DNA from: Alphaproteobacteria bacterium
Lineage (GTDB): Bacteria > Pseudomonadota > Alphaproteobacteria > GCA-2731375
Direction of reading: 5' to 3'
Assembly: GCA_965232515.1 (NCBI GenBank)
Contig: CBDDPY010000002.1
Location: 2,048,001-2,112,000, forward strand
Length of the DNA stretch: 64,000 bases
The first letter of the stretch is position 1; every line of letters starts with the position of its first letter. The translations under genes were made by a program, and so were the position numbers. This document shows, in pieces, positions 9,655 through 19,722 of the stretch. Below the pieces are notes generated by a model. It was not told the origin of the DNA, did no database searches, and saw nothing but the letters and a program-made list of their open reading frames with translations.

Positions 9655-10407
9655 ATGAAACGGCGACAAGTCGAGTGGCGTTGGGAGCATCCGGAGGCGC
9701 AGGCGGCGTTTGCGAAATGGGTCGGCTTTCCGGGCGTGACGGCGACGGCGCGGGAAGTCGACGATATGGAACGGCTTCTGGATCTGGCGCCGCCGGCACG
9801 TATTCTCGACGTCGGCTGCGGGACCGGCCGGCACGCGCTCGAACTGGCGACGCGCGGATATGACGTGCTCGGCATCGATGTGGCCGAGACCTACATCGCT
9901 GCCGCCACGCAGGCCGCGCGACAGGCCGGCATCGCGGTCGTATTTCAGCTGCGGCGCGGGTCCGAGATCGTGGCGCAAAGCCAGTACGATGCCGTCCTGG
10001 CCGTCAATCACACGCTCGGCTTCATGGACGACGAAGAGCTCCGCGCCCAATTCGGCCATATCGCGCGGGCGCTTCGACCATCAGGTCAATTCCTGCTGAC
10101 GACGGCCGGTCCGCAATGGCGGTCGGACGCCGCGCCAGAGCCCGTCAAGAATTGGGGCGAAAAGGACGGCCAGTTCATTCTCTCCGAACGCCGCATGGAC
10201 GGCCGGACCCGCATCGAGCACAACATCGTCATCGACACGGAAAAGAACGAGATCGTCGAATACCACGAGGAACAGCGCGCCTTCGCCCGCGAAGAAGTCG
10301 AGGCGGTGCTGCGAAACGCCGGCTTCACGACCATCGACTGCCGGCAAGACCTCGCCGGCAACGCCGCCAACGACGACGCCTTCGGCGTTTACATCTGCAC
10401 GGCGTAA
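9655..10407 (+). CDS. Class I SAM-dependent methyltransferase
   Basis: ILDVGCGTGRH motif I, VLGID and LRPSGQF. Confidence 0.9.
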   Translation: MKRRQVEWRWEHPEAQAAFAKWVGFPGVTATAREVDDMERLLDLAPPARILDVGCGTGRHALELATRGYDVLGIDVAETYIAAATQAARQAGIAVVFQLRRGSEIVAQSQYDAVLAVNHTLGFMDDEELRAQFGHIARALRPSGQFLLTTAGPQWRSDAAPEPVKNWGEKDGQFILSERRMDGRTRIEHNIVIDTEKNEIVEYHEEQRAFAREEVEAVLRNAGFTTIDCRQDLAGNAANDDAFGVYICTA

Positions 10408-10417
10408 TCGCCGGCAG

Positions 10418-13400
10418 CTAGGTCAACGGCTGGTCGCGGATGAACCGCTTGAGCACGTCGCAGAATTCGTCCGTGGCCGTGAATAGCGGCAGGTGGCCGC
10501 TGCCTTCGAAGGCGTAGAGCTGCGCGTTCGGGATCTCCTTTGCCAGATACGCGGCGGCGGCGAAGTCGATCAGCCGGTCTTCCGTGCCGTGCGTGATCAG
10601 GGTGGGGATCGTCAGCCGCTTCAGCAGCGGCGTGACGTCGGACCCGGGATCGGGCGAATAGAAGTTGAGGATCGTATCGCGTGGGAGCTGGATCCGCTGC
10701 TCGAACACCCGGCGTCTCAATTCCTCGGTGCCGGGTTCGCTGTAGACGAAGGCGTTTTGAATGCGCAGCAACGCGGCGATATCTTCGTTCTCGAATGCTT
10801 TGGCGCGCTGCCGCCGGAACGCCGGCGCAAACCCGCCGACATCGCCGCTGGCGGCCTGTGCCGGCGGACACCCCACCGTCACCAGCCGGCAGATCAGTTC
10901 CGGGTTCGAGTCGGCCAGCCGGATCAGCAGGCGGCCGCCCTGTGAGATACCGACCCCGACGATCGGGCCGCGATCCAGTGCCTCGATGACGGCGACGAGA
11001 TCCCGGACATGCTCTTGCAGCGGAAACGGACGGATCAGCGGATCGGACTCCCCTGTGCCGCGCCAGTCCACGGTGACGATGTGAAAGTCCTGGCACAACC
11101 GTTCGATCAGCATTTGGAAGACCGCCAAGCCGTAGACGATCGCATTCGCGAAAACGAGCGTGTGTTCGCCGTGGCCGTGCTCGTAGAACACGATCCTGGC
11201 GCCGTCGCGAACGACCGTCCGGCGTCGGTGGATCATGTTCTGAATGGCGCGTCCGGCCGCGGCGTCGCATCGGGCCGCCAGCGCCGTCTCGTAGAAGGCG
11301 TTGGCGCCGTCGAGATCGCCGTCCAGTCCCGCCAAGCCACCGAGAAGGACCAACGCATCCCGTTTCGTTTCTGAAACACGCGCCAAATCGTTTGGCTCAT
11401 TCGCCGCCGCGGTGGCAGTGGCATCCAGACACATCTGCAAATGCGCGCGCGCCTCGGTATTGGCATAGCGCTGCTTCGCCCGCAAGCCCGCCCGCAGCCA
11501 GTATTTGGCCGCGGAACCGATCGCCCCCGCCTCGCCGAAATGATGCGCCAACAGCTCCGGCTGCCGTTCCGCGACCTGCGGGGACCGTTGTTCGAGATGC
11601 CGCGCGATCCGACCGTGAATTGTTCGGCGCTGGCCCCGCAGCAACGCGTGATAGGCCGCCTCCTGGAGCAACACATGCCGGTAGCTGAAGCTGGCGTCCG
11701 GCGGCGTCCCGCGCGAGAACACCAAACCCGACCGGTCGAATTGTTCAAGCGCCGACAAGAACCGCTGCGCGGACAACGAACTGGCGGCCCGGAGCAGCGA
11801 ATACGGAAACTCGCGCCCAATGACCGCGCCGGCCTTCGCCAGCTCCTTGGCGTCGGCATCCAACTGATCGAGCCGCGCCAGCAACGAGGCCTGCAGGGTC
11901 GCCGGCACGTCCGACGACATTGCGTAACCGCCGGCGGCGGCGCTCAGCAGGGACTTGGACAGCTCCTCGACGAACAGCGGCACGCCATCGGTTCGCGCGA
12001 CGGCCTGGGAGACGATCGCCTCGCTTGCTCTGTCACCGGCCAGCCTCCGGACCAGCGCCGCCGCCTCGGCTCGGCTGAGCCGGCCGAGGCCGACGCCGGT
12101 CACATGCGGCTGTCCGGCAAACGGCGCCGTCCATTCCGGCCGGTGCGTAATGACCATCAGAACCCGGGCATCGCCGATCCGGGACACGACCTGCGCCAGC
12201 AGCGCTTGCGTTGTCGGATCGATCCAATGCGCATCTTCGAACGCGAACAGGACGGGGCGTCGCCGGCTGAGCGCCAGGATCTGCCCACACAACGCCTCGA
12301 CGATCAGCACGCTGCGCCGGTCCGGCGTCAGCTCCAACGCGCTATATCGATCGTCTGCCGGGATCGACAGCAGCGCCGCAAACAACGGCGCGATGTTCCC
12401 GACGTCGCCTTCGGAGATCGATAACAGCGCTTCGAGCTTGTCGAGCTTCGCGCCGTTGTCGTCGCCGGTCGCGAAGCCGGCCACGCGCTCCAACCGCTGG
12501 ATCACCGGATAGAGCGGGCTGTTGCTGTGGTAGGGCGAGCATTGATAGCGCAATCGGAAATGCGGTTCGGGTGCGATGCGCTCGCGCAGCGCCAGCAGCA
12601 GCCGGGACTTGCCGATGCCGGGTTCGCCGGACAACAGCACGACCCGACCCTCCCCGCGTTTGGTCGTCTCCCAGCGATCGAGCAGCATGCCGAGCTCGCT
12701 CCGCCGCCCGATCAGCGGTGTCGGCGACCGCCCGTGCGCGGCTTCGAACCGGCTGTCGACGCGTGCATCGCCGAGAACGCGCCAGGCCGCAATGGCATCG
12801 GCAAACCCCTTCAGGTCGCGCCGGCCCAGATCCTGGAGCGCAAACGACCGCCCCACCAGCCGCCTGGTCGTCTCGCTGATGACGACCTGGCCAGGCTCGG
12901 CGGTCTGTTGTAGACGCGCGGCCAGATTTGGGGTCTCGCCGCTGATGGCGCCCGGATCCCGTCCACTCTCGCCGACGAGATCGCCGACCACGACCAGGCC
13001 CGAGGCAATGCCGACACGCGCGCTCAAGGCATCGCCCTCATCCGTGTGCAGCGCGGCGACCTCCCGTGCCGCATCCAAGCCGGCGCGTACGGCCCGTTCC
13101 GCCTGATCCTCGTGCGCCCGCGGCCAGCCGAAGTAGGTCAGCACGCCGTCGCCCAGATAGCGCGCCACATGTCCGCCATAGCGCGCCACGGCGTCGACCA
13201 CCGCGTCCTGATAACGCTGCATCAGGTCGCGCAGGTCTTCCGGATCGAGCCGGGCCGACAGGGCGGTCGAGCCAACCAGATCGCAGAACATCACGGTCAG
13301 CTGGCGCCGCTCGGCCTCGCCGTGCCTGGGATCCTCGCCGTGCTCCCCGCCGGCCGTCGTGAACGTCCCGGCAATCTCGCGCAGCAGGCGCTTGCGCGGC

Positions 13401-13540
13401 CCCATCGGCACGCCAAGTTCCTTCAGGTCGTCTTCATTGAGCAGCGGAAGGTCGCGGAGACCGATCTGGTTCTCCTCGAACACCGGGGTCAGGTGCTCAA
13501 GCGCAAGCGACGCGAGCCAATCCCGCATGCTGCCTGACAT
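10418..13540 (-). CDS. SAM domain + class III cyclase + STAND (AAA_16-type) ATPase + C-terminal alpha/beta hydrolase
   Basis: SAM domain (DLKELGVPMGPRKRLL); cyclase (MFCDLVGST, YLGDG, NLAARL); Walker A GEPGIGKS; Walker B FEDAHW; GVPLF; hydrolase GISQG, GTEDR and GSGH. Confidence 0.88.
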   Translation of the reverse strand: MSGSMRDWLASLALEHLTPVFEENQIGLRDLPLLNEDDLKELGVPMGPRKRLLREIAGTFTTAGGEHGEDPRHGEAERRQLTVMFCDLVGSTALSARLDPEDLRDLMQRYQDAVVDAVARYGGHVARYLGDGVLTYFGWPRAHEDQAERAVRAGLDAAREVAALHTDEGDALSARVGIASGLVVVGDLVGESGRDPGAISGETPNLAARLQQTAEPGQVVISETTRRLVGRSFALQDLGRRDLKGFADAIAAWRVLGDARVDSRFEAAHGRSPTPLIGRRSELGMLLDRWETTKRGEGRVVLLSGEPGIGKSRLLLALRERIAPEPHFRLRYQCSPYHSNSPLYPVIQRLERVAGFATGDDNGAKLDKLEALLSISEGDVGNIAPLFAALLSIPADDRYSALELTPDRRSVLIVEALCGQILALSRRRPVLFAFEDAHWIDPTTQALLAQVVSRIGDARVLMVITHRPEWTAPFAGQPHVTGVGLGRLSRAEAAALVRRLAGDRASEAIVSQAVARTDGVPLFVEELSKSLLSAAAGGYAMSSDVPATLQASLLARLDQLDADAKELAKAGAVIGREFPYSLLRAASSLSAQRFLSALEQFDRSGLVFSRGTPPDASFSYRHVLLQEAAYHALLRGQRRTIHGRIARHLEQRSPQVAERQPELLAHHFGEAGAIGSAAKYWLRAGLRAKQRYANTEARAHLQMCLDATATAAANEPNDLARVSETKRDALVLLGGLAGLDGDLDGANAFYETALAARCDAAAGRAIQNMIHRRRTVVRDGARIVFYEHGHGEHTLVFANAIVYGLAVFQMLIERLCQDFHIVTVDWRGTGESDPLIRPFPLQEHVRDLVAVIEALDRGPIVGVGISQGGRLLIRLADSNPELICRLVTVGCPPAQAASGDVGGFAPAFRRQRAKAFENEDIAALLRIQNAFVYSEPGTEELRRRVFEQRIQLPRDTILNFYSPDPGSDVTPLLKRLTIPTLITHGTEDRLIDFAAAAYLAKEIPNAQLYAFEGSGHLPLFTATDEFCDVLKRFIRDQPLT

Positions 13541-13582
13541 GGACCTCTCCGGCCCAGATATTAGCAAATATTCAGCCGGGCC

Positions 13583-14290
13583 TCATGGTTGGAACTCGGG
13601 CCAGCGTTCGGCGATGACGTTGCGGACGACCGGCATGGCGGCATCGCGCGGCATGCCGGACCGCAGGCGCGGATCGTAGAGCACGGCGAGCAGCAGGCGG
13701 TCGGCCGGCGTCATTTCGAATACGCGGTCGTCCTCGCAGAACACCGACGGCCGGTAGTGGCAGGCGTCGGCCGGCAGACCCATGACCTGCACCAGCTCCT
13801 CCAGGATGCAATCTCGCCGCAGCCGATCCGAGATATCCGTGCCGAAGACGATCACGGCCGAGCCGATCTCGCCGCTGACATGGTTCATGCGATAGGTGGC
13901 CATGCAGGCGATGCGCGGCGCCGCCTGGGCGTTGAGGGAGCGGATGACCTCGGGAAACCGCCGCCGCGGCAGAAAGCCGAGCCGCAGCGTCACGCGATCC
14001 GCGGCGTCGGCCGGCCGCAATTCCCGACCCGTCAGTGCCTCGATTTCCCGCTTCACCGCCGCGAACTCAGACGCATGCCATTGCGCCAGTTCCGTCGTCT
14101 GCGGGGTGTCGAGCCAGGCGAACACCGGATCGGTCGACCATCGCGTGACGATGCCGTGCGTCGTTCGGAAGTCGCTATGGAACGCCGCCGCCTCGAACTG
14201 CGCCGCGACGTTGTCGGGTGTCGGTTCGACAATTCCGGGCCCGCCGAACGCGCACCCCCCAAGCAAGACAGCGATGATGACCGCACGCAT
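13583..14290 (-). CDS. DUF2927-type lipoprotein
   Basis: Lipobox LGGC; CILEELVQVMGLPAD, SVF and LYDPRLRSGM motifs. Confidence 0.8.
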   Translation of the reverse strand: MRAVIIAVLLGGCAFGGPGIVEPTPDNVAAQFEAAAFHSDFRTTHGIVTRWSTDPVFAWLDTPQTTELAQWHASEFAAVKREIEALTGRELRPADAADRVTLRLGFLPRRRFPEVIRSLNAQAAPRIACMATYRMNHVSGEIGSAVIVFGTDISDRLRRDCILEELVQVMGLPADACHYRPSVFCEDDRVFEMTPADRLLLAVLYDPRLRSGMPRDAAMPVVRNVIAERWPEFQP

Positions 14291-14316
14291 CCCCGAACGA
14301 TATCGAGATGACGGGC

Positions 14317-15435
14317 TCAGTCCAGGGCGATGCGGCTCCCGTCGGGTCCAAAGAACAGCGCCTTCGTGGGGTCGATGCCAATCGCAACGTCGGCGCCTTC
14401 GCCATAGTCAGGCTGGCCCTGCACCAGGCCGCGCAGTTCCAGGTCGCCGGCGCGGAGCAGGACCAGAGATTGACTACCCAACAGTTCGACCAGCGCCACC
14501 GTGCCCGTCGCGGCGGTCGACAGCGGATTCAGGTCGACGGCTTCCGGGCGCACGCCCATGGTGATGCCGTCCGCCGGCAGGCGCTGCGCCACCGTGTCGG
14601 GCAGTGGGATGGTGAGGCCGTTGCTGGCGAAGGCAGGCGCGCCACCTTCGCTCGTCAGCATGCCGGACAGCAGGTTGATCTGCGGCGAGCCGATGAAGGT
14701 GGCGACGAACAGGTTAGCGGGGCTGTTGTAGATTTCCTCCGGCGAGGCGAGCTGCTGCACTACGCCCTCGTTCATCACCGCGATCTTGTCGCCGAGCGTC
14801 AGCGCCTCCTCCTGGTCGTGCGTGACGAAGATCATGGTCGTCTGCAGACGCCGCTGAATGAGCTTGATCTCGGTGCGCATCTCGAACCGCAGCGCCGCGT
14901 CGAGCGCCGCGAAGGGCTCGTCCAACAGGAACGCGTCCGGCTCCATGACCACGGCGCGGCCGAGCGCCACGCGCTGGCCCTGCCCGCCTGAGAGCTCGCG
15001 CGGCTGGCGGTCCAGCAGCTCGTCGATATGCAGCAGGCGCGCGGCGTCGGCGACGCGCCGGTCGATTTCGGCGCGCGGCAGCTTGCGCTTCATGTCGAGC
15101 CCGAAGGAGATGTTCCGCCGCACCGAGAGATGCGGGAACAGCGCCGTCGCCTGGAACACGTAAGCCAGATTGCGGTCCTTCGGCGCGATGCCGGCGAGAT
15201 TGCGGCCGCGCACCCAGATCGCGTCCTCGTTGTCCGGCCGTTCCAGGCCGGCGATGCAGCGCAATGTGGTGGTCTTGCCGCAGCCCGACGGCCCCAGCAG
15301 CACCAGCAGCTCGCCGTCCGGCAGGTCCAGCGTGACGTCGTCGCAGGCCACAACGCCGCCGCCGCGAAAGGTCTTGCGCAGCCGGTTGACGAAAATGCCG
15401 GCGCTGTCCGCCCGGCCGCTTACCGTGTCTAACAT
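14317..15435 (-). CDS. Carbohydrate-type ABC transporter ATP-binding protein (MalK-like)
   Basis: GPSGCGKTT, LSGGQGQR, LLDEP and VTHDQ motifs; C-terminal TOBE region. Confidence 0.95.
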   Translation of the reverse strand: MLDTVSGRADSAGIFVNRLRKTFRGGGVVACDDVTLDLPDGELLVLLGPSGCGKTTTLRCIAGLERPDNEDAIWVRGRNLAGIAPKDRNLAYVFQATALFPHLSVRRNISFGLDMKRKLPRAEIDRRVADAARLLHIDELLDRQPRELSGGQGQRVALGRAVVMEPDAFLLDEPFAALDAALRFEMRTEIKLIQRRLQTTMIFVTHDQEEALTLGDKIAVMNEGVVQQLASPEEIYNSPANLFVATFIGSPQINLLSGMLTSEGGAPAFASNGLTIPLPDTVAQRLPADGITMGVRPEAVDLNPLSTAATGTVALVELLGSQSLVLLRAGDLELRGLVQGQPDYGEGADVAIGIDPTKALFFGPDGSRIALD

Positions 15436-15457
15436 CGCGTCCCCGTCCCCACCGTCA

Positions 15458-16288
15458 TCATGTCGCCGCCGCGAAGGTGCTGGAAAGATAGCGCTGCGCC
15501 ATCATGTAGAGCGCGACCGGCGGAATGCCGGTCACCAGCGTCATCACCGTCAGCACCTCCCACTCGATGCGTTCGCCGCCCGCCGTCGCCACGTAGATCG
15601 CCACCGACGCGGTCTGCGGCCCGTCGCTGTTGGTCAGCATGTTGGCGAACAGGAAATCGCTCCAGCCGTAGAGAAACGCCAGGAACATCACCGAGATCAT
15701 CACCGGCTTCGCCAGCGGCACCATGACCTTGTAGAAGGCCTGGAACTGCGTGCAGCCATAGACCATCGCCGCCTCCTCCAGATGCGGCGGCAGCTGCGCG
15801 AAGAAGCCGCGCAGGATCCACACGCAATAGGGCACGGCGAAGATCTGGAACGCCAGCCACAATCCCGGCAGCGTGTTGTAGAGCCCGGTTTTGATCCAGG
15901 TGATGGTGATCGGCACGATCAGCAGGATGAACGGAAACACCAGCGTGCCGACGATGACGTAGAAGAACGTCTCGCGCATGACGAACTGCTTGCGCGCGAA
16001 GATATAGGCGCCCGGCAGCGCGATGATCAGCGCCAGCACCGCCGCGCCGAAGCCGGCGACCAGGCTGTTGAAGAGATAGACGTGGAACCGGTAGGTGGCG
16101 AAGACCTCGTACCAGGCAACGAAACTGATCTTCTCGGGCCACCAGCTGATCTCGTAGACCTCGCCCGGCGACTTGAAGGCGGTGACGATCACATAGGCGT
16201 ACGGGATCAGCACCATGGCCAGGATCAGCCCCAGCACCGCGAAAGTCACGGTGCGGCCGAGCGGCCCGGTGCGGGATTCGTCAGCCAT
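15458..16288 (-). CDS. ABC transporter permease (MalG-like)
   Basis: LEEAAMVYG EAA loop; TM helices. Confidence 0.93.
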   Translation of the reverse strand: MADESRTGPLGRTVTFAVLGLILAMVLIPYAYVIVTAFKSPGEVYEISWWPEKISFVAWYEVFATYRFHVYLFNSLVAGFGAAVLALIIALPGAYIFARKQFVMRETFFYVIVGTLVFPFILLIVPITITWIKTGLYNTLPGLWLAFQIFAVPYCVWILRGFFAQLPPHLEEAAMVYGCTQFQAFYKVMVPLAKPVMISVMFLAFLYGWSDFLFANMLTNSDGPQTASVAIYVATAGGERIEWEVLTVMTLVTGIPPVALYMMAQRYLSSTFAAAT

Positions 16289-16300
16289 CTCGGGTCACCC

Positions 16301-17242
16301 TCATAGCGCGCCCCGCTTCAGGTGGCGCTGGTAGAGCCAGCCGAACGGCAGCAGCAGCAACGCGGTGAACACGACGAGGAAGATGCCGACCGTGAACGCC
16401 ATGCCGAAATCGCCGGACATGAAGGCGAAGCGGTACATCAGGATGCTGAGCACGCTGGTGTCGTAGCCCGGTCCGCCGCCGGTCAGCGTGAACGGCTGCT
16501 CGATCTTCGCCAGGTTGAAGGCGATGCGCAGGATGATCACCACCAGGATCGCGCCCTTGATCCGCGGCAGCGTGACGACCAGGAACCGCTGCACCGCGTT
16601 GGCGCCGTAGATCTCGGCCAGCTCGTAGTAGTAGCGCGGGATCGACTGCAGCGACGACAGGATGATCAGGAACATGAACGGCCAGAACGTCCAGGTCGCC
16701 ACCAGCGTGATCAGCCAGCGCGCCCAGGCACCGTCCGAGAACCAGTAGATCGGCTCGTCGATGATGCCGAAAGCCATCAGGTAATGCGTGACCATACCCA
16801 GCCCCGGATCCAGCAGGAACAGCCAGATTGCGCCGACCACCACCGGCGGCATCGCGTAGGACACGATCATCACGCCGCGCCACAGCGCCCGGAACGGCAC
16901 GAAGGACTGGTTCAGCACCAGGGCCGCGGCGATCGCGACGACGAGCTGGAACAGCGTCGACAGCGAATAGATCAGCGTCGCCCGGATCGAATCCCAGAAG
17001 TAATCCGCCGTCAGAAAGCCGGTGTAGTTGTCGAGCCCGCGCCAGGTCGGCTCGCCCAGGAACGGCCAGTTGTGCAGACTCATCCAGATGCCCTGCAGGA
17101 ACGGCACCCACAGCAGCAGCAGCATGAACAGGCTGGTCGGCAGCAGGAACAGCGCAATCAGCTTGGTATCGGGATCGAGACGACGCTTGCCCGCCGCCGC
17201 GCCCGCCCGGTCCTGGCCGGGCGATGCGAGGGAGACGGTCAT
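16301..17242 (-). CDS. ABC transporter permease (MalF-like)
   Basis: GLDNY, YELAEIYGA, TLP and LTGGGP motifs. Confidence 0.93.
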   Translation of the reverse strand: MTVSLASPGQDRAGAAAGKRRLDPDTKLIALFLLPTSLFMLLLLWVPFLQGIWMSLHNWPFLGEPTWRGLDNYTGFLTADYFWDSIRATLIYSLSTLFQLVVAIAAALVLNQSFVPFRALWRGVMIVSYAMPPVVVGAIWLFLLDPGLGMVTHYLMAFGIIDEPIYWFSDGAWARWLITLVATWTFWPFMFLIILSSLQSIPRYYYELAEIYGANAVQRFLVVTLPRIKGAILVVIILRIAFNLAKIEQPFTLTGGGPGYDTSVLSILMYRFAFMSGDFGMAFTVGIFLVVFTALLLLPFGWLYQRHLKRGAL

Positions 17243-17270
17243 GCCGCCTCCCCCTGCTCTAACCCATCGC

Positions 17271-18650
17271 TCAAGACGTCAGCGCGGCGTTGACCTCGTC
17301 CGCGTAAGCAGCGAGTTGGTCTTTGACCGATGCGCCCTGCAGCATCTTCTGCCCGTGCGGCGCCAGCAGGTTGTACTGGATGTCCACCGACTTCGGGTGA
17401 TTGGCCCAGACGCCGGCATTCTCCAGCATGGCGATGCCGGCCTCGGCATAGCGGTCGGGCTGGCCCTTGATCTCGTCCCAGACATCATTGCGGGCGCACA
17501 GGCCGGCGACCTTGGCGTAGGCCACCTGGTTCTCCGGCGACAGCCATTCCTTGATGAAGGCCCAGGCCGCCTGTTCCTTGATCGCGGCGTCGGGGCCTTC
17601 CTGCTGGACGATCTCGAAAGTGCCGGCCGCCAGCATGGTCTGCGAGCCCGACGTGCCGCCTGTAATCGGGAAGTGCGGCGTCCAGACGATGGTGCCGTCC
17701 TTCATCTGCTCCGGCATCCGGTCCAGCAGCGTGCCGCGGTTCAGGATATCGGCATGCACGATGCTCTTGCGGCCCTGGATCAGCTGCTCCACCGCCGCCT
17801 CGTCCGAGCTCTGCACCGTCTGCGGCGAGCTCAGTTTGTGCTTGCGGAAGACGTCGACATAGAACTGCACGCCCTGGATCCAGGCCTCGCTGGTCGCCGT
17901 CGACTTCGTCCACTTGGCGTCCAGGAAGTCGCTGTTCTCGGCGTCGAGCGACCGGATCCAGCCGTTCAGCTGCGTGTCGCCGAAGTCCCAGATCTTGCCG
18001 TAGACCTCGGTCGGATATCTCACCTCGGCCTTGGCCTGGATCTCCTTGCAGAGCTGGATGTAATGGTCGGTATCCCGGATCGGGAAGTTCTGCTCGAAAT
18101 CGATCCCGGCCTTCTCGAAATGATCGCGGCGCAGGATCGCCGGCGCCTGCGGGATCAGCGCGAACGGCATGTCCTTGATGGTCTGGCCGTCATCGAAGCC
18201 GCTGTTCATCCGCTGGATCAGCGGCATCAGCCATTTGGTCGCGTCCCGGGTGCCGGCATCCAGATCGCTCTCGATCATGTCGTCGAGCGGGCGCAGGAAC
18301 GGGCGTAACTGGCCGGTCCAGCGGCCGATGGCGTCGAACACCGTCGGCTTCAAACCGCCCGCGAAGTTGGTGCGGTATTTCGGCCCGATGATGTCGCCGT
18401 AACCGTTCCAGGAGACGTTCACCGTGGCGCCGGTCTTCTGCTCGAACGCCTTGACGATCGACTCCGACAGCTTGCGGACCAGCTTGTTCTGCACGCCGAT
18501 CATGTTCCAGTAGTCGATGGTCACGCCCTTCAGGTCCGTCTTCGGCTGCGCGAAGACCAGATCGGGCGTCAGCGAGGTGGTGATGCCGGCGGCCGCCAGG
18601 CTGGATACCGTCGACAGAAAGTGCCGGCGGGTTTGCTTACCGTTCCACAT
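17271..18650 (-). CDS. ABC transporter substrate-binding protein with Tat signal
   Basis: TRRHFL twin-arginine signal; size and position typical of a sugar-type binding protein. Confidence 0.85.
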   Translation of the reverse strand: MWNGKQTRRHFLSTVSSLAAAGITTSLTPDLVFAQPKTDLKGVTIDYWNMIGVQNKLVRKLSESIVKAFEQKTGATVNVSWNGYGDIIGPKYRTNFAGGLKPTVFDAIGRWTGQLRPFLRPLDDMIESDLDAGTRDATKWLMPLIQRMNSGFDDGQTIKDMPFALIPQAPAILRRDHFEKAGIDFEQNFPIRDTDHYIQLCKEIQAKAEVRYPTEVYGKIWDFGDTQLNGWIRSLDAENSDFLDAKWTKSTATSEAWIQGVQFYVDVFRKHKLSSPQTVQSSDEAAVEQLIQGRKSIVHADILNRGTLLDRMPEQMKDGTIVWTPHFPITGGTSGSQTMLAAGTFEIVQQEGPDAAIKEQAAWAFIKEWLSPENQVAYAKVAGLCARNDVWDEIKGQPDRYAEAGIAMLENAGVWANHPKSVDIQYNLLAPHGQKMLQGASVKDQLAAYADEVNAALTS

Positions 18651-18725
18651 GATGTCCTCCTCCCGTTCGATAGCGTTATGGGTTCTTGTGCGCGTGTGCT
18701 CCTCGGTTGTCCTAGCGGGGCGCGG

Positions 18726-19613
18726 TCAGGTGTCGGCCGCGGCCTGCTTGGCGTAGAGTTTGTTGTCGCCCTGATGCTGCAGCGCGAAGATCGACGTCGC
18801 CTGCGGCGGCAGCGGCTGCGGCAGGCGCACCGGCACCGCCGAGACCCGCGGCTCCAGCGGCTGCGCGCCGCTGATGATGCGGCTGTTCAACTCGTCCCAG
18901 TCCTTGAATGGCCCCAGGCCGCCGGCGATCGGCAACGCGTCGGCCGCCGCCACCTCGTAGAGCAGCAGGCGCCTGGGCTTGCCCGACCGGTTCTGCTCCG
19001 AGCCGTGCAGCACGCGGGCGTGGTGGAAGCTGACGCTGCCGGCGCGGCCGGTGATCGGCACGGCGTCCTTCAGGAACGACGCCGTTTCGTCGTCGGCGAT
19101 GGCGCCGCAGAAATAGCCCTCGGAATGATGATCGTAGATCCGGCCGGTGTGCGATCCCGGCACGATCATCAGTGGACCGTTTTCCAGCGTCATGTCGTCC
19201 AGCATCACGCCGACGGCCAGCACGTCGTCGTTGGTGTGCGGATAGAAGGCCCAGTCCTGGTGCCACTCGACGGCGGCGCCGCCGGTCGACTTGATGTTCA
19301 GCTTGCTGTTCTGCAGCCGCACGTCCGGGCCCAGCAACGCGGTCATCACCTCAACCAGCGCCGGCTCGCGGATCAGATCGAAGAAGGCCGGATCGACGGC
19401 GTGCGGCGCCTTGATGCGTTCCAGCCGTGGCGCGCCTGATGTATGCCCCTCGCCCAGTTCGAAGACGTCGTCGGTCTCGGCGACCTCGCGCGACTGCGCG
19501 ATCCAGGCATCGGTCTTGGCCCGCAGCGTGGCGATGGTGTTATCGGACAACAACCCCTCGACCACGACGTAACCGTCGCGGCGATACGACGCCACCAGTT
19601 GCTGCGACCCCAC
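18726..19613 (-). CDS. Phytanoyl-CoA dioxygenase (PhyH)-family Fe(II)/2-oxoglutarate oxygenase
   Basis: YRRDGYVVV, WHQDW, ENGPLMIVPGSH and LHGSEQN..R motifs. GTG start at 19613 after a G-rich RBS. Confidence 0.9.
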   Translation of the reverse strand: MGSQQLVASYRRDGYVVVEGLLSDNTIATLRAKTDAWIAQSREVAETDDVFELGEGHTSGAPRLERIKAPHAVDPAFFDLIREPALVEVMTALLGPDVRLQNSKLNIKSTGGAAVEWHQDWAFYPHTNDDVLAVGVMLDDMTLENGPLMIVPGSHTGRIYDHHSEGYFCGAIADDETASFLKDAVPITGRAGSVSFHHARVLHGSEQNRSGKPRRLLLYEVAAADALPIAGGLGPFKDWDELNSRIISGAQPLEPRVSAVPVRLPQPLPPQATSIFALQHQGDNKLYAKQAAADT

Positions 19614-19636
19614 GGACCTGTCCCCCTGCCCCGAAA

Positions 19637-19652
19637 GTGGAAACGTTTCCAC
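19637..19652. promoter_or_regulatory. LacI-family operator
   Basis: Perfect 16-bp palindrome gtggaaacgtttccac with central CG, between the divergent PhyH and LacI genes. Confidence 0.8.
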
Positions 19653-19722
19653 ATAAGCTTGCCGACATATGCGACCGGCTGTCAAGCTTGCATCCGTCGC
19701 ATCATTCCCGGAAAAGACTGCC

